Shown one piece after another: positions 1-9,679 of a stretch of DNA of 32,735 nucleotides. The position numbers were made by a program, and so were the translations under genes. Source of the stretch: Rhodobacterales bacterium (GTDB lineage: Bacteria; Pseudomonadota; Alphaproteobacteria; Rhodobacterales; Rhodobacteraceae); contig JAYSSN010000248.1 in the NCBI GenBank assembly GCA_043720555.1, positions 1 through 32,735 of the forward strand, in the 5' to 3' direction. The notes under the pieces are model-generated. The model did no database searches, was not told the DNA's origin, and worked only from the letters and a program-made list of their open reading frames with translations. Positions within the stretch are counted from its first letter, which is position 1, and the number at the start of each line of letters is the position of its first letter.

Positions 1-83
1 AAGGATGCGCCTGACGAACTTTTGGTTTCTCGCAACATAATGATACAAATGTATGATCCGGTATCTCTTTCGGGCGCCAACTC

Positions 84-1250
84 TCACGCAACCTGCCCCG
101 CAGCCCATCCGCTCGACCACGCCCACTGAAAGTTGTAGCCCCCCAGCCACCCCGTCACATCCACCACTTCGCCGATGAAGTGCAACCCCGGCACCGCCTT
201 GGCCTGCATCGTCCGCGCATCCAGCGCATCGGTATCCACGCCCCCCAGCGTCACCTCTGCCGTGCGATAGCCTTCCGATCCCACCGGCATGATCCGCCAG
301 CCGTGCACCAGCCCCGCGATCCGCTCGATGACCGCATTCGGCTGATCCGCCAGCGTCCCCGCCACGCCTGCACTGTCTTCCACAAACCGCGCCAGCCGCT
401 CGGGCATCAGCCGCGCCAGCGCCGTGCGCACCGCGATCCGCCCCGCTTCGCCGCGCATGGCCCGCAACGCCGCCCCGACATCCGCACCCCGCGCCAGATC
501 CAGCACCACCGCCTCGCCCTCGCGCCAATAGCTCGACGCCTGCAACACGGCTGGCCCCGACAGACCGCGATGCGTGAACAGCACCGCCTCGTCAAACCCG
601 ACGCGCCCGGCCGTCACCCGCCCCGCAACTGCCACACCCGCCAGCGGCTTGACCCGCTCCAGATCCTGTTCGGCCAACGTCAGCGGCACCAACCCCGGCC
701 GCGTTTCCACCAGCGGAATCCCGAAGGCCTCGGCCACGCGGTAGCCATGCCCCGTCGCCCCCATCTTGGGGATCGACTTGCCCCCCGTCGCCACAACCAC
801 CGACGCCGCCTGCACCATGCCCCGCGCCGTTTCCACCGCAAACCCCGGGCGCACCTCGCCAATCGCGCAGTCCAGCCATAACGCACCGCCCGCGCGCCGC
901 AGGTCATCCGTCAGTGCGGCCACCACCTGCGTGGCGGGCCCGTCGCAGAACAACTGCCCCAGCGTCTTTTCATGCCAGGCAATGCCCCAGGCGTCCATCC
1001 GCGCGATGAAATCCCACTGCGTGTAGCGTTTCAGCGCCGATAGCGCGAAACGCGGATTGCGCGACAAGAACCGGTCACCGGCGACGGCCAGGTTGGTGAA
1101 ATTGCACCGCCCCCCGCCCGAGATGCGAATTTTCTCGCCCGCCGCGCGTGCGTGATCGATCACCAGCACCCGCCGCCCGCGGCGCGCTGCCTCGATCCCC
1201 GCGAATAGGCCCGCGGCACCCGCGCCCAGAACGATCACATCCACCTGCAT
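84..1250 (-). CDS. NAD(P)/FAD-dependent oxidoreductase, HI0933/YhiN (BaiN-like) flavoprotein family
   Basis: 388-aa ORF. N-terminal Rossmann motif VIVLGAGAAGLFAG and the family-typical ISGGGRCNFTN motif. The C-terminal GGYNFQWAWSSG resembles HI0933-like proteins. Confidence 0.85.
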   Translation of the reverse strand: MQVDVIVLGAGAAGLFAGIEAARRGRRVLVIDHARAAGEKIRISGGGRCNFTNLAVAGDRFLSRNPRFALSALKRYTQWDFIARMDAWGIAWHEKTLGQLFCDGPATQVVAALTDDLRRAGGALWLDCAIGEVRPGFAVETARGMVQAASVVVATGGKSIPKMGATGHGYRVAEAFGIPLVETRPGLVPLTLAEQDLERVKPLAGVAVAGRVTAGRVGFDEAVLFTHRGLSGPAVLQASSYWREGEAVVLDLARGADVGAALRAMRGEAGRIAVRTALARLMPERLARFVEDSAGVAGTLADQPNAVIERIAGLVHGWRIMPVGSEGYRTAEVTLGGVDTDALDARTMQAKAVPGLHFIGEVVDVTGWLGGYNFQWAWSSGWAAGQVA

Positions 1251-1351
1251 GCCGCAGCCCTACCCCGGAATGCGCGCCCGAACAACGGCTTGAAAATTCG
1301 CTCAGTTCCCCCTTGCAGCCTTGCGGGGGCTTCGCTAAACACCGCCGCAGT

Positions 1352-1426
1352 TGGGGCGTCGCCAAGTGGTAAGGCATCGGTTTTTGGTACCGACATTCCC
1401 AGGTTCGAATCCTGGCGCCCCAGCCA
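1352..1426 (+). tRNA. tRNA-Gln (anticodon TTG), CCA encoded
   Basis: Cloverleaf read by eye. Acceptor stem TGGGGCG/CGCCCCA. D arm GCC-AAGTGGTAA-GGC. Anticodon stem TCGGT/ACCGA with loop TTTTGGT (anticodon TTG). T arm CCAGG-TTCGAAT-CCTGG, then GCCA. Very close to E. coli tRNA-Gln in overall sequence. Confidence 0.9.
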
Positions 1427-1493
1427 TCAGCCTCAGCCGCGCGCACCGGCGGGTTTGATGCCCCGCTGCGTGGTCGCCTGATTGGAGCCTGCC

Positions 1494-1940
1494 ATGCGTC
1501 TTTGGTCTCTTGCCCTGCTGTCTGTTGTGGTCGTCTCGGCCTGCGGGTCGTCCGGCAGCATGCAACTGTATCCCGTGCAAGGCCCGCTCGCCGCCCTTTC
1601 GCCGCCACCGGTGATCGTCGCACAGGCCCAGAACCCCGAAAACAACTCTGGTGCACTGACATTCCGGCTGCCCGACCGTACCCCCTGCGAGGGCACATGG
1701 TCGTCGGTCGTGCCCAGGATCGTGTCGCGCACCAGCGGGCTGAACCTCAGCCTGCGCAGTCCCGGTGCCAAGTTGTCGAACACGACCGAGGTTGTTCCCG
1801 GCGTGAACCGTGGCGAGATCTACGCCATCTGCACCGACAGCACCCGCGTTCAAGGCACCTTCGTCATGGGCAGCGGCACCAATTCCGGCACCGGCAGTGC
1901 CACCGATACCAACGGGAATACGTATAAACTGCTGTTCTGA
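1494..1940 (+). CDS. Hypothetical lipoprotein
   Basis: ORF 1482..1940. The internal Met at 1494 gives MRLWSLALLSVVVVSAC with a lipobox-like VSAC followed by GSSGS. No recognisable catalytic domain. The start choice between 1482 and 1494 is uncertain. Confidence 0.6.
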   Translation: MRLWSLALLSVVVVSACGSSGSMQLYPVQGPLAALSPPPVIVAQAQNPENNSGALTFRLPDRTPCEGTWSSVVPRIVSRTSGLNLSLRSPGAKLSNTTEVVPGVNRGEIYAICTDSTRVQGTFVMGSGTNSGTGSATDTNGNTYKLLF

Positions 1941-1986
1941 ACCGGCGACACTGGCCCTGCATGGACCAATGCGGGCCGGCGTGCTG

Positions 1987-4900
1987 TCAGATAATCAGAA
2001 AGTCCGACGCGGACAGACCGGCTGCACCCGACGACCCCGAATTGCCTTCAAGCGCATTGCCAAACTGCACAGCGAGAGCGGCCCCGGTCCCATCGCGGTC
2101 ATAAAACAACTGCCCGGTCCCCGCGTCGTAGATGATCCGATGCGCTGCCGTCCGCGTGTCGGTCAACACTGCAAACTGGGCCGCATTCAATGCGCCTGTC
2201 GCCAACCCGAGGGCGGTGAAGATCGCGTTCTCCAGCACGATCTTGTCACTTCCCACTTCGAACGTGTTCATCGTATCGACGTTCGCGGTTCCCAATGTGG
2301 TGTTGAACACAAACTGATCCGCACCCGCGCCGCCAAACAGCCCATCATTGCCAAGGCCCCCATTCAGCGTGTCATTGCCATCGTTGCCCCGTATGAAATT
2401 GCTGAGCGCATCGCCCGTCAACCGATCATCAAACAGCGATCCGTTCAGGTTCTCGAAACCCGAAATCAGATCCGTGCCAGCCCCGAACGTATTTTGCGCC
2501 ACGGTGATGGCCAGACTGACTGTCACGCCGCTCGCCGCGTCGGTGTAAAAGACACCATCGCTTCCCCCGAGATTGGTTCCGCCGATCAGCGTGTCGTTCC
2601 CGGCCCCACCTTCGATAAAATCGCCACCCGCGCCGCCGTCGATCCGGTTGTTGCCGGCGTTGCCCGTCAGGAGATCCGCAGCCGCCCCGCCAAGCAGGTT
2701 CTCGATCCCGATCAGGACATCGCCGAGCCCGTCACCCGCACCGGTTTGGGTAGCCTGGCGCAGATCGACCGTCACGTTACCCGCCGATCCGGCATAGCTG
2801 GCCGTATCCGCGGTTCCCGCGCTGCCATCCAGCGTATCCGCCCCGGCGCCGCCTTCCAGCACGTTGAACCCCAGCCCGCCGACCAGACGGTTGTTGGACC
2901 CGTTCCCGATCAGCGTGTCATTCAAGGCCGACCCGATGATGTTCTCAAAGCCATTCAGGCTGTCACCCGCCGCATCGCCGTTGGTTGTGGCAGATTGCAG
3001 CACGATCCCGATGTTGACCCGCACCCCTGCTGCAGACGCGGCGTAGCTGACCGTATCGCCCGCGCTGGTGTTGCTCCCGCCGCTTAACACATCCGCGCCC
3101 GCGCGCCCCTCGATGATGTTGTCGGCCTCGTTCCCGGTCAGCGTGTCGATCAGCGCCGACCCGGTCAGGTTCTCGATGTCTTGCAGGATATCGCCGTTCG
3201 CGTCACCCGCGCCGAGTTGCGCAAGACCACCGTTGCCGAGGTTGACCGTCACACCCAGCGTCGAGCCGAAATAGCTTGCCGTATCAATCCCGCCTCCGCC
3301 AACCAACGTATCGCCACCCGCCCCGCCGATCAGCAGGTCATTGCCTTCGCCGGCATAGATCGTGTCATTGCCCGCAAGGCCAAAAACCGTATCATTGCCA
3401 CCCAGCGCATAGAACAGGTTCGCAGCCAGACTGCCGGTCAGACTGTCAGCCTGATTGGTGCCCTGCAGGTTTTCAAACCCCGAGATCTGGTCCGTTCCCG
3501 CACTGCCGGTATTCTGCGCCGTGGCAGTCGCAAGGCTGACGGTGACCCCGACAGATCCGCTGTAGATCAGTGTATCGATCCCCAAGCCACCCGTCAGCGT
3601 GTCATTGCCAAGCCCGCCTTCGATCGCATCATCGCCATCGCCGCCATTCAGAACGTTGGCCAGATGGTCGCCGTACAGGCTGTCCCCGCCAGTCCCGCCC
3701 GTCACATTTTCGATCCCGGTCAGACCGCTGCCGCCCGCGTTATCGGTGATTCCGGTGGCCAGATTTACGGTAACAGCCGTTGCAAAACCCGCAAAACTCG
3801 CGGTATCGCCGGTTCCTGCCCCGCCATCCAGCGTATCGGCTCCGCCGCCGCCCACCAGAGTGTCGTTGCCCGCGCCACCCGTCAGGCGGTTGGCATCGCC
3901 GTCGCCCGTCAGCACATCGTTGAAGTTGGACCCGGTGATATCCTCGAACCCAAGCAACCGATCACCCGCCGCATCGCCGTTGGTCGTGGCCGACTGCAGG
4001 CCAAGCGCACCAGCTCCACCCTGAATCCGCAGATCGACCCGCACTGCCGTCGCCGAAGCTGCATAGCTGACGGTATCGCGCCCGCCGAGGCCGCTTAACA
4101 CATCCGCGCCCGCGCGCCCCTCGATGATGTTGTCGGAGTCGTTCCCGGTCAGCGTGTCGATCAGCGCCGACCCGGTCAGGTTCTCGATGCCTCGCAGGAC
4201 ATCGCCGTTCGCGTCACCCGCGCTGAGCTGCGTTGTTCCGGCGGACTGATCCCCCAGTACAATCGTCACCCCGACGGTCGAGGTTGCGTAGCTTGCGGTA
4301 TCGCCCTGCGTCTGTTCCAGATTGCCGCCAGACAGGCTGTCCGCCCCCGCGCCGCCAACCAGCGTGTCATCGCCAGCGCCGCCTTCCAGCGTGTCAATGT
4401 CGGCCCCGCCAGACAGCAGGTCGTGTCCGGCGTTGCCCACCAGCAGATTGCGGCCGAGCGTGCCGGTCAGCACATCCCTGAATGCCGATCCCTGCAGGTT
4501 TTCAAACCCCGAAATAAGGTCGGTTCCGCCGCCCCCTGTGATCTGCGCCGTGATGACCGCAAGGCTGACCGTCACACCGGCGGACGCAAAGACATAGCCC
4601 AGGGTGTCGCCGCCGGGGCCATGCGTGCCACCTGTCAGCGTATCATTGCCAGCGCCGCCGTCGACCACATCATCGCCGCCGCCACCGATCAGAACGTTCG
4701 CCATGCCATTGCCGGAAAGCGTGTCATTCGCCTCGCTTCCCGTCAGATTTTCGATGTTCAACAGGATGTCGCCCGCAGCATCACCGCCCTGAACATCCCC
4801 CGAAAGCTGCGCCAGAACGCCCGCGACAGATCCCGCATAACTGGCCGTATCGCCCGTGCCCGCGCCGCCATCCAGCGTGTCCGCCCCCGCGCCACCATTC

Positions 4901-7407
4901 AGCATGTCATTGCCTGATCCACCCGTCAGGCGGTTGTCGAACGCTGTTCCCGTCAGCACATCGTTGAAGGCAGATCCGATGATATTCTCGAACCCGGTCA
5001 GGCTGTCACCCGCCGCATCGCCGTTGGTTGTGGCAGATTGCAGCACGATCGCGATGTTGACCCGCACCCCTGCCGCAGAGGCCGCATAGCTGACCGTATC
5101 GCCGACCACATCCTCGAACCCGCCCTCCAGCACATCCGCGCCCGCGCGGCCCTCGATGATGTTGTCGGCGTCGTTCCCGGTCAGCCTGTCAATCAGCGCC
5201 GACCCCGTCAGGTTCTCGATGCCTTGCAGGAAATCATCATCCGCATCCCCCGAGCTGATCTGAAATTCCCCGGCAACCTGATCGCCCAGAAAGACCGTCA
5301 CGCCTGCAGCAGATGTCGCATAGCTGACCGTGTCGCCGATGATCTCGTTGTCATCGCTTCCATACAGGTCGTCATACAATGCGCCGCCAACCAGAGTGTC
5401 GTCACCGCTTCCGCCGTAGAGAGAGTCATAACCGGCGCCGCCAAACAACAGGTCGTTGCCAAATCCGCCGTCCAGGAAATTTTGCCCCAGCGTGCCGGTC
5501 AGCACATCGTTGTAATCAGACCCTTCCAGGTTTTCGAACCCCGAAATCAGGTCAACACCGCTGCCCCCGGTGTTCTGCGCCGTAGTGACGGCCAGGCTGA
5601 CCGTGACGGCAGTTGATGCAAAATAATAGCTCAGCGTGTCGCCAACCGTGTCATTCGCACCACCGATCAGCGTGTCGTTGCCGGTATCGCCGTCGATCAG
5701 ATCATTGCCGCCACCGCCATTCAGAACGTTGGCCCCGCCATTGCCATAAAGCGTGTCATCGGCATTGCTGCCGGTCAGATTTTCGATCCAGAGCAGAACA
5801 TCGCCCTCGGCATCGCCACCATTGGCCCCATACAGAAGGTCAACAAAGACACCGTCAACAGACGCGGCATAGCTGGCCGTATCGCCCGTGCCCGCGCCAC
5901 CATCCAGCATGTCGGCACCCTCGCCGCCCAGTAGCGTGTCGTTTCCAGCCCCGCCGAACAGGCCGTTGTTGAACGCGTCCCCCGTCAGCACATCGTTGAA
6001 GGCAGAGCCGAGGATATTCTCGAACCCGGTCAGGCGATCACCCGTCGCATCGCCGTTGGTTGTTACCGATTGCGCAGTGTCGACAATCCGCAAATCCACC
6101 CGCACGGCCGTGGCCGACGACGCATAGCTGACCGTATCGCCATAAAGGCCGTTGCCGCCACCCGCCAGCAGATCCGCCCCCGCCCGCCCCTCGATCACGT
6201 TGTCGGCGCTGTCCCCGGTCAGGTTGTCGATCAGCCCCGACCCGATCAGCGCCTCGATCCCGTCCAGCACATCGCCCGCCGCATCACCGGCACCACCCTG
6301 CACGGCCAGGCCCAGAACCACCGTGACGCCCAGCGTCGATGTCGCATAGCTCGCCGCATCGCGCCCGTCTTCGCCGGTCAGCCGGTCCGCGCCCGCACCG
6401 CCATTCAGCGTATCGTCGCCGTTGCCCCCCAGCAGCGTGTCGGTACCAAGCCCGCCGAACAACTGGTCGTTCCCATCGCTGCCATCCAGCACATTACCCG
6501 CCGCCGATCCTGTCAGCGTGTCATTGAAATGCGACCCCGTCAGGTTGGTGATGCGGATATAGGTGTCTGTCCCGCCGCCGCCGGTATTTTGCGCCGTGGT
6601 CAGGGCCAGGCTGGCCGTCACGCCCTGTCCCGCTGTCAGGCTTTCGTAAGTCACTTCAAAAGGCTGCGTGGCACCCAAAGCACCGATCAACGCATCATTG
6701 CCCAGACCACCGTCCAGCGGCACCTCTGCCGACTGGCCGGTGACAGTGTTGTTGCCCGCTGTCAGCAGCAGATGGATCGCCCCCGCGTCATCAAACCCGT
6801 CAAAGCCATAGCCGATCAGGCCATAGTTCAAGGCATTCAACGGAATTCCGGCAGGCCCGAACGATACTGTCTTGCCGGCGACCGGCGCTGAGCTGAGGTC
6901 CAGCAGCGTGACAGACATCAACACCCCGGCTGACAGGCTGTCGTCGACAAAGCCCTTGCCGACCAATTGCAGATACCCGGTCACACCCCCCACGTCATTC
7001 AGCAATGCAAGCGTTGTCGTGCTGACCAGCCCGGTCTGAATGAATTCCTCGAACCGCACGTCTGCCGGGGTCAGCGCCCAGGCATCCAGCGTCTGTGCTG
7101 TCACCAGCTCTGCCTGGTCGACAAAGGCATTCAGCTTGCCCGCCAGCCCATTCCCCCCCGTGATGGCAAGCAGCGGATCAACCGAAATTGTCTGCACCGG
7201 CAGCCCGCCCGCATCGACGAGCGTGATGCGGGAAATCACCCCACTGATGGTGCCGTCAGCCGCGTAGTTCAGATTGCTGCCGATCAACCGCCATTGATAG
7301 CCGACGGGCTGCCCGATCGCCGCGAACCACATCTGATTGGCCCCGGTCGTCGGCGCAGGCACTGTTACAAGGATCGGGGCATTCAGGGCGTCAAAGGCGA
7401 TCGTCAC
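1987..7407 (-). CDS. Giant RTX-type calcium-binding repeat protein (1806 aa), probable type I secretion substrate
   Basis: Dozens of GGxGxD nonapeptide repeats (for example GGAGNDTLIGG, GGDGDDAIEGG). No N-terminal signal peptide. The non-repeat C-terminal roughly 120 aa ends ...ASDFLII, as is typical of T1SS substrates. GTG start at 7407, preceded by AGGAGA about 7 nt upstream on the minus strand. Confidence 0.9.
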   Translation of the reverse strand: MTIAFDALNAPILVTVPAPTTGANQMWFAAIGQPVGYQWRLIGSNLNYAADGTISGVISRITLVDAGGLPVQTISVDPLLAITGGNGLAGKLNAFVDQAELVTAQTLDAWALTPADVRFEEFIQTGLVSTTTLALLNDVGGVTGYLQLVGKGFVDDSLSAGVLMSVTLLDLSSAPVAGKTVSFGPAGIPLNALNYGLIGYGFDGFDDAGAIHLLLTAGNNTVTGQSAEVPLDGGLGNDALIGALGATQPFEVTYESLTAGQGVTASLALTTAQNTGGGGTDTYIRITNLTGSHFNDTLTGSAAGNVLDGSDGNDQLFGGLGTDTLLGGNGDDTLNGGAGADRLTGEDGRDAASYATSTLGVTVVLGLAVQGGAGDAAGDVLDGIEALIGSGLIDNLTGDSADNVIEGRAGADLLAGGGNGLYGDTVSYASSATAVRVDLRIVDTAQSVTTNGDATGDRLTGFENILGSAFNDVLTGDAFNNGLFGGAGNDTLLGGEGADMLDGGAGTGDTASYAASVDGVFVDLLYGANGGDAEGDVLLWIENLTGSNADDTLYGNGGANVLNGGGGNDLIDGDTGNDTLIGGANDTVGDTLSYYFASTAVTVSLAVTTAQNTGGSGVDLISGFENLEGSDYNDVLTGTLGQNFLDGGFGNDLLFGGAGYDSLYGGSGDDTLVGGALYDDLYGSDDNEIIGDTVSYATSAAGVTVFLGDQVAGEFQISSGDADDDFLQGIENLTGSALIDRLTGNDADNIIEGRAGADVLEGGFEDVVGDTVSYAASAAGVRVNIAIVLQSATTNGDAAGDSLTGFENIIGSAFNDVLTGTAFDNRLTGGSGNDMLNGGAGADTLDGGAGTGDTASYAGSVAGVLAQLSGDVQGGDAAGDILLNIENLTGSEANDTLSGNGMANVLIGGGGDDVVDGGAGNDTLTGGTHGPGGDTLGYVFASAGVTVSLAVITAQITGGGGTDLISGFENLQGSAFRDVLTGTLGRNLLVGNAGHDLLSGGADIDTLEGGAGDDTLVGGAGADSLSGGNLEQTQGDTASYATSTVGVTIVLGDQSAGTTQLSAGDANGDVLRGIENLTGSALIDTLTGNDSDNIIEGRAGADVLSGLGGRDTVSYAASATAVRVDLRIQGGAGALGLQSATTNGDAAGDRLLGFEDITGSNFNDVLTGDGDANRLTGGAGNDTLVGGGGADTLDGGAGTGDTASFAGFATAVTVNLATGITDNAGGSGLTGIENVTGGTGGDSLYGDHLANVLNGGDGDDAIEGGLGNDTLTGGLGIDTLIYSGSVGVTVSLATATAQNTGSAGTDQISGFENLQGTNQADSLTGSLAANLFYALGGNDTVFGLAGNDTIYAGEGNDLLIGGAGGDTLVGGGGIDTASYFGSTLGVTVNLGNGGLAQLGAGDANGDILQDIENLTGSALIDTLTGNEADNIIEGRAGADVLSGGSNTSAGDTVSYAASAAGVRVNIGIVLQSATTNGDAAGDSLNGFENIIGSALNDTLIGNGSNNRLVGGLGFNVLEGGAGADTLDGSAGTADTASYAGSAGNVTVDLRQATQTGAGDGLGDVLIGIENLLGGAAADLLTGNAGNNRIDGGAGGDFIEGGAGNDTLIGGTNLGGSDGVFYTDAASGVTVSLAITVAQNTFGAGTDLISGFENLNGSLFDDRLTGDALSNFIRGNDGNDTLNGGLGNDGLFGGAGADQFVFNTTLGTANVDTMNTFEVGSDKIVLENAIFTALGLATGALNAAQFAVLTDTRTAAHRIIYDAGTGQLFYDRDGTGAALAVQFGNALEGNSGSSGAAGLSASDFLII
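2940..6260 (-). repeat. Intragenic tandem super-repeats of about 1.0 kb (about 337-346 aa) inside the RTX gene
   Basis: The block cacatccgcgcccgcgcgcccctcgatgatgttgtcgg... recurs at about 3088, 4099, 5131 and, more diverged, 6169. That gives spacings of 1011, 1032 and 1038 nt. Copies 1 and 2 are nearly identical over about 140 nt. A second block (ggctgtcacccgccgcatcgccgttggttgtggcagattgcagcacgatc...) is near-identical at about 2959 and 5001. The protein motif LTGN(D/E)xDNIIEGRAGADVL occurs 4 times. Boundaries are approximate. Confidence 0.7.
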
Positions 7408-7690
7408 GTGTTACTCTCCTAATCGGCAGAAGTCCTGCCGGAATGCCGCGCTGCAAACCGGATTCTGCGCACATGGCTGCGTGTTTTGAACACCAGGTCG
7501 CGCGCGTTTTCATCCAGAATCGCTGACACCTACCCGGGAATTATGTTGACAATGCGCCGCCATGTTTACCGATGGCCTTTGACGCACCGCTGAAACACGA
7601 TCAATCTTGTCGGGCCTGCGTTTTGACACCGCATGCAAACGACAATGCGGTTAAACGCGCTTCCGGCGTTCGCACCTCAAAGGCAGGCAC

Positions 7691-8428
7691 ATGATCATTC
7701 ACGGCGCACCGGCGGCACTCCACATCCTGGACTTCGGTCTGTTCCGGGTGGCGGCGGGCCGCACCATCGGCATTCCCGGATTTCTGATAACCACCGATCA
7801 GGACGAACGCATCCTCGTCGATACCGGCTTTCCCGCAAAATACGCAACTGACGCTGTGGCTGCGGCTGGCGAAGACGGGCTGGATGCCTTTGGCACCGTC
7901 CTTGCACTCGGGCCCGAAAATCTGGTGGCCGGGCAACTTGCGCTGCTGGGGCTGACGCCTGCCGATATCGACCTGCTGATCCTGACGCACAGCCATATCG
8001 ACCACGTCGGTGGTCTGGCCGGCATGGCGCACGTGCCCGTCATGATCGGCATCGAAGAGCGTGCCCTGTCGCGCCCGCTTTACTGGGGGGCGTGTCAGCC
8101 GATGGCATGGCCCGCCGCCCGCTGGCTGCCCGTGCATGAAGATACTGACCTCGCCCCCGGCCTGACTGTGCTGCACGTGCCCGGCCATGCACCGGGGCAA
8201 TTGGCGCTTCTGATCGACCTGCCGCAAACCGGCCGGGTCTTACTGACCTCTGATGCGATTTCCCGCCCCGATGAACCTGCGGACGGTTACGCCGACGCCC
8301 ATGACCCGAACCGGGCCGGCGTCCATGCCAAGCGGCTGTTGGCCATGGATCACGTGGCACTGACGATCTGGGGGCACTGTCCGGTACAATGGCCGGAACT
8401 GCGCAAGGCACCCGCCGCATATTTGTGA
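7691..8428 (+). CDS. MBL-fold metallo-hydrolase (N-acyl-homoserine-lactonase-like)
   Basis: 245 aa. Zn-binding HxHxDH motif (LTHSHIDHVGG), a later HVPGHAPG and a distal TSDA. Size and N-terminal layout resemble AiiA/AhlD-type lactonases, but substrate cannot be assigned from sequence. Confidence 0.8.
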   Translation: MIIHGAPAALHILDFGLFRVAAGRTIGIPGFLITTDQDERILVDTGFPAKYATDAVAAAGEDGLDAFGTVLALGPENLVAGQLALLGLTPADIDLLILTHSHIDHVGGLAGMAHVPVMIGIEERALSRPLYWGACQPMAWPAARWLPVHEDTDLAPGLTVLHVPGHAPGQLALLIDLPQTGRVLLTSDAISRPDEPADGYADAHDPNRAGVHAKRLLAMDHVALTIWGHCPVQWPELRKAPAAYL

Positions 8429-8478
8429 CTTATCAAGATATTACAAGACAAAGGGAAACTATCACTTGAACGGCGCAA

Positions 8479-8516
8479 GCGGACCCGGCTAGAACCCGGG
8501 TCGCCACCTTTTTTCA
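8479..8516 (+). terminator. Probable intrinsic terminator downstream of the MBL gene
   Basis: GC-rich hairpin gacccgg-ctagaac-ccgggtc, with extra flanking pairs, followed by acctttttt. Confidence 0.55.
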
Positions 8517-8566
8517 GATGCCATGCACGATTTTGACGACACTCACGCAAACAGGCGCTGTCACCG

Positions 8567-9679
8567 CTACCGGACCGCCAGCGCATCCGCCAGCAGCCCG
8601 GTCACCTGTTCGCCCGGCACATCGTCGGCCACGAATGCCGCGCCGATTCCGCGCGCCAGGATGAACCGCAAGCGCCCATCCACCACCTTCTTGTCCTGCC
8701 CCATCAGGGCCAGCAATACCTCGGGCCCCGGCAGATCGCCCGGAATATCGCCAAGGTCAGTCTTCATGCCCATGGCCCGCAGATGCGCCCGCACCCGGCT
8801 GGGCGTCTCCTGCGCGCAAAGGCCCATCCGCATGCTCAATTCAAACGCAAGCGCGCAGCCGATCGCCACTCCTTCGCCATGCAGCAGCCGGTCCGAATAT
8901 CCCGTGGCCTTTTCCAGCGCGTGGCAAAATGTGTGCCCCAGATTCAACAGTGCCCGCTCGCCTTCTTCCGTCTCATCCCGGCTGACGATACCCGCCTTCA
9001 TCGCGACCGACAGGCGCACCGCGCGCTGACGGGCGTTCGCGTCGGTGGCCAGATACGGTGCCTGCACCTCCAGCCAGTCAAAGAACGCGGCGTCCCCCAG
9101 CAGGCCGTACTTCACCACTTCGCCGTAACCCGCCAGAAAATCGCGGGTCGGCAGGCTGTTCAGCACATCAATATCGGCCAGGACCAACGACGGCTGGTGA
9201 AACGCCCCGACAAGGTTCTTGCCCTGCGCCGTGTTGATGCCCGTCTTGCCACCGACCGAGCTGTCAACCTGTGCCAGCAGCGTGGTCGGGATCTGCACAA
9301 AGCGCACACCACGCCGCAACACCGCAGCCGCAAATCCCACCAGATCGCCGATCACCCCGCCACCAAAGGCCACCACCACATCGCGGCGTTCGACCTTTTG
9401 CTCCAGCAGCCACTCCACCGTGCGCGAAAACTGCGCCCAGCCCTTTGTCGCCTCGCCCGCAGGCAGCGCAAGGCTGGCGGATGCGATGCCCGCCGCCGCC
9501 AACGAGGCTTCCAGCCGCGCGAGGTGCAAGGGGCCAACGGTGTCATCGGTGACGATCACCACCCGCTTGCGGTGCAGCAAAGGCGCCATGTCGCTGCCTG
9601 CGCGGTCGATCAGACCGGGGCCGATCAGCACCTCATAGCTGCGCGAGCCCAAATCGACCGGCACCACATCGATTGTCAT
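8567..9679 (-). CDS. aroB: 3-dehydroquinate synthase
   Basis: From the Met at 9679 (MTIDVVPVDLGSRSYEV...) the protein has the AroB layout, including GGGVIGDLVGFAAA and HTFCHALE/LLHGEGVA metal-site regions. The longer track ORF (to 9892) overlaps aroK and is rejected. The start overlaps the aroK stop (ATGA). Confidence 0.9.
   Translation of the reverse strand: MTIDVVPVDLGSRSYEVLIGPGLIDRAGSDMAPLLHRKRVVIVTDDTVGPLHLARLEASLAAAGIASASLALPAGEATKGWAQFSRTVEWLLEQKVERRDVVVAFGGGVIGDLVGFAAAVLRRGVRFVQIPTTLLAQVDSSVGGKTGINTAQGKNLVGAFHQPSLVLADIDVLNSLPTRDFLAGYGEVVKYGLLGDAAFFDWLEVQAPYLATDANARQRAVRLSVAMKAGIVSRDETEEGERALLNLGHTFCHALEKATGYSDRLLHGEGVAIGCALAFELSMRMGLCAQETPSRVRAHLRAMGMKTDLGDIPGDLPGPEVLLALMGQDKKVVDGRLRFILARGIGAAFVADDVPGEQVTGLLADALAVR

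Noticed and set aside
30-58. AT-rich tcgcaACATAAtgatacaaatgtatgat resembling a dif (XerCD) site. Its reverse complement contains TTATGTT, as in the XerD arm.
   Set aside because: Only a 7-nt half-site core matches the dif pattern I remember. The opposite arm does not start with TTATG, and the outer XerD-arm bases differ. It sits at the window edge, so context is missing. A genome-wide dif search plus a GC-skew switch would be needed.
2940-6260. Regularly spaced repeats that might be mistaken for a CRISPR array or a satellite.
   Set aside because: The period is about 1 kb and the repeats lie within one continuous reading frame encoding RTX modules. There is no short repeat/spacer organisation.
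1810-7422. Many long plus-strand ORFs (for example 1810..3087 at 425 aa, 3181..4098, 5038..5616, 6070..6891) lying opposite the RTX gene.
   Set aside because: They are antisense to a well-supported 1806-aa RTX reading frame. They are rich in Arg/Pro/Ala as expected for out-of-frame GC-rich sequence, and they repeat only because the sense gene repeats. No motifs or plausible start contexts.
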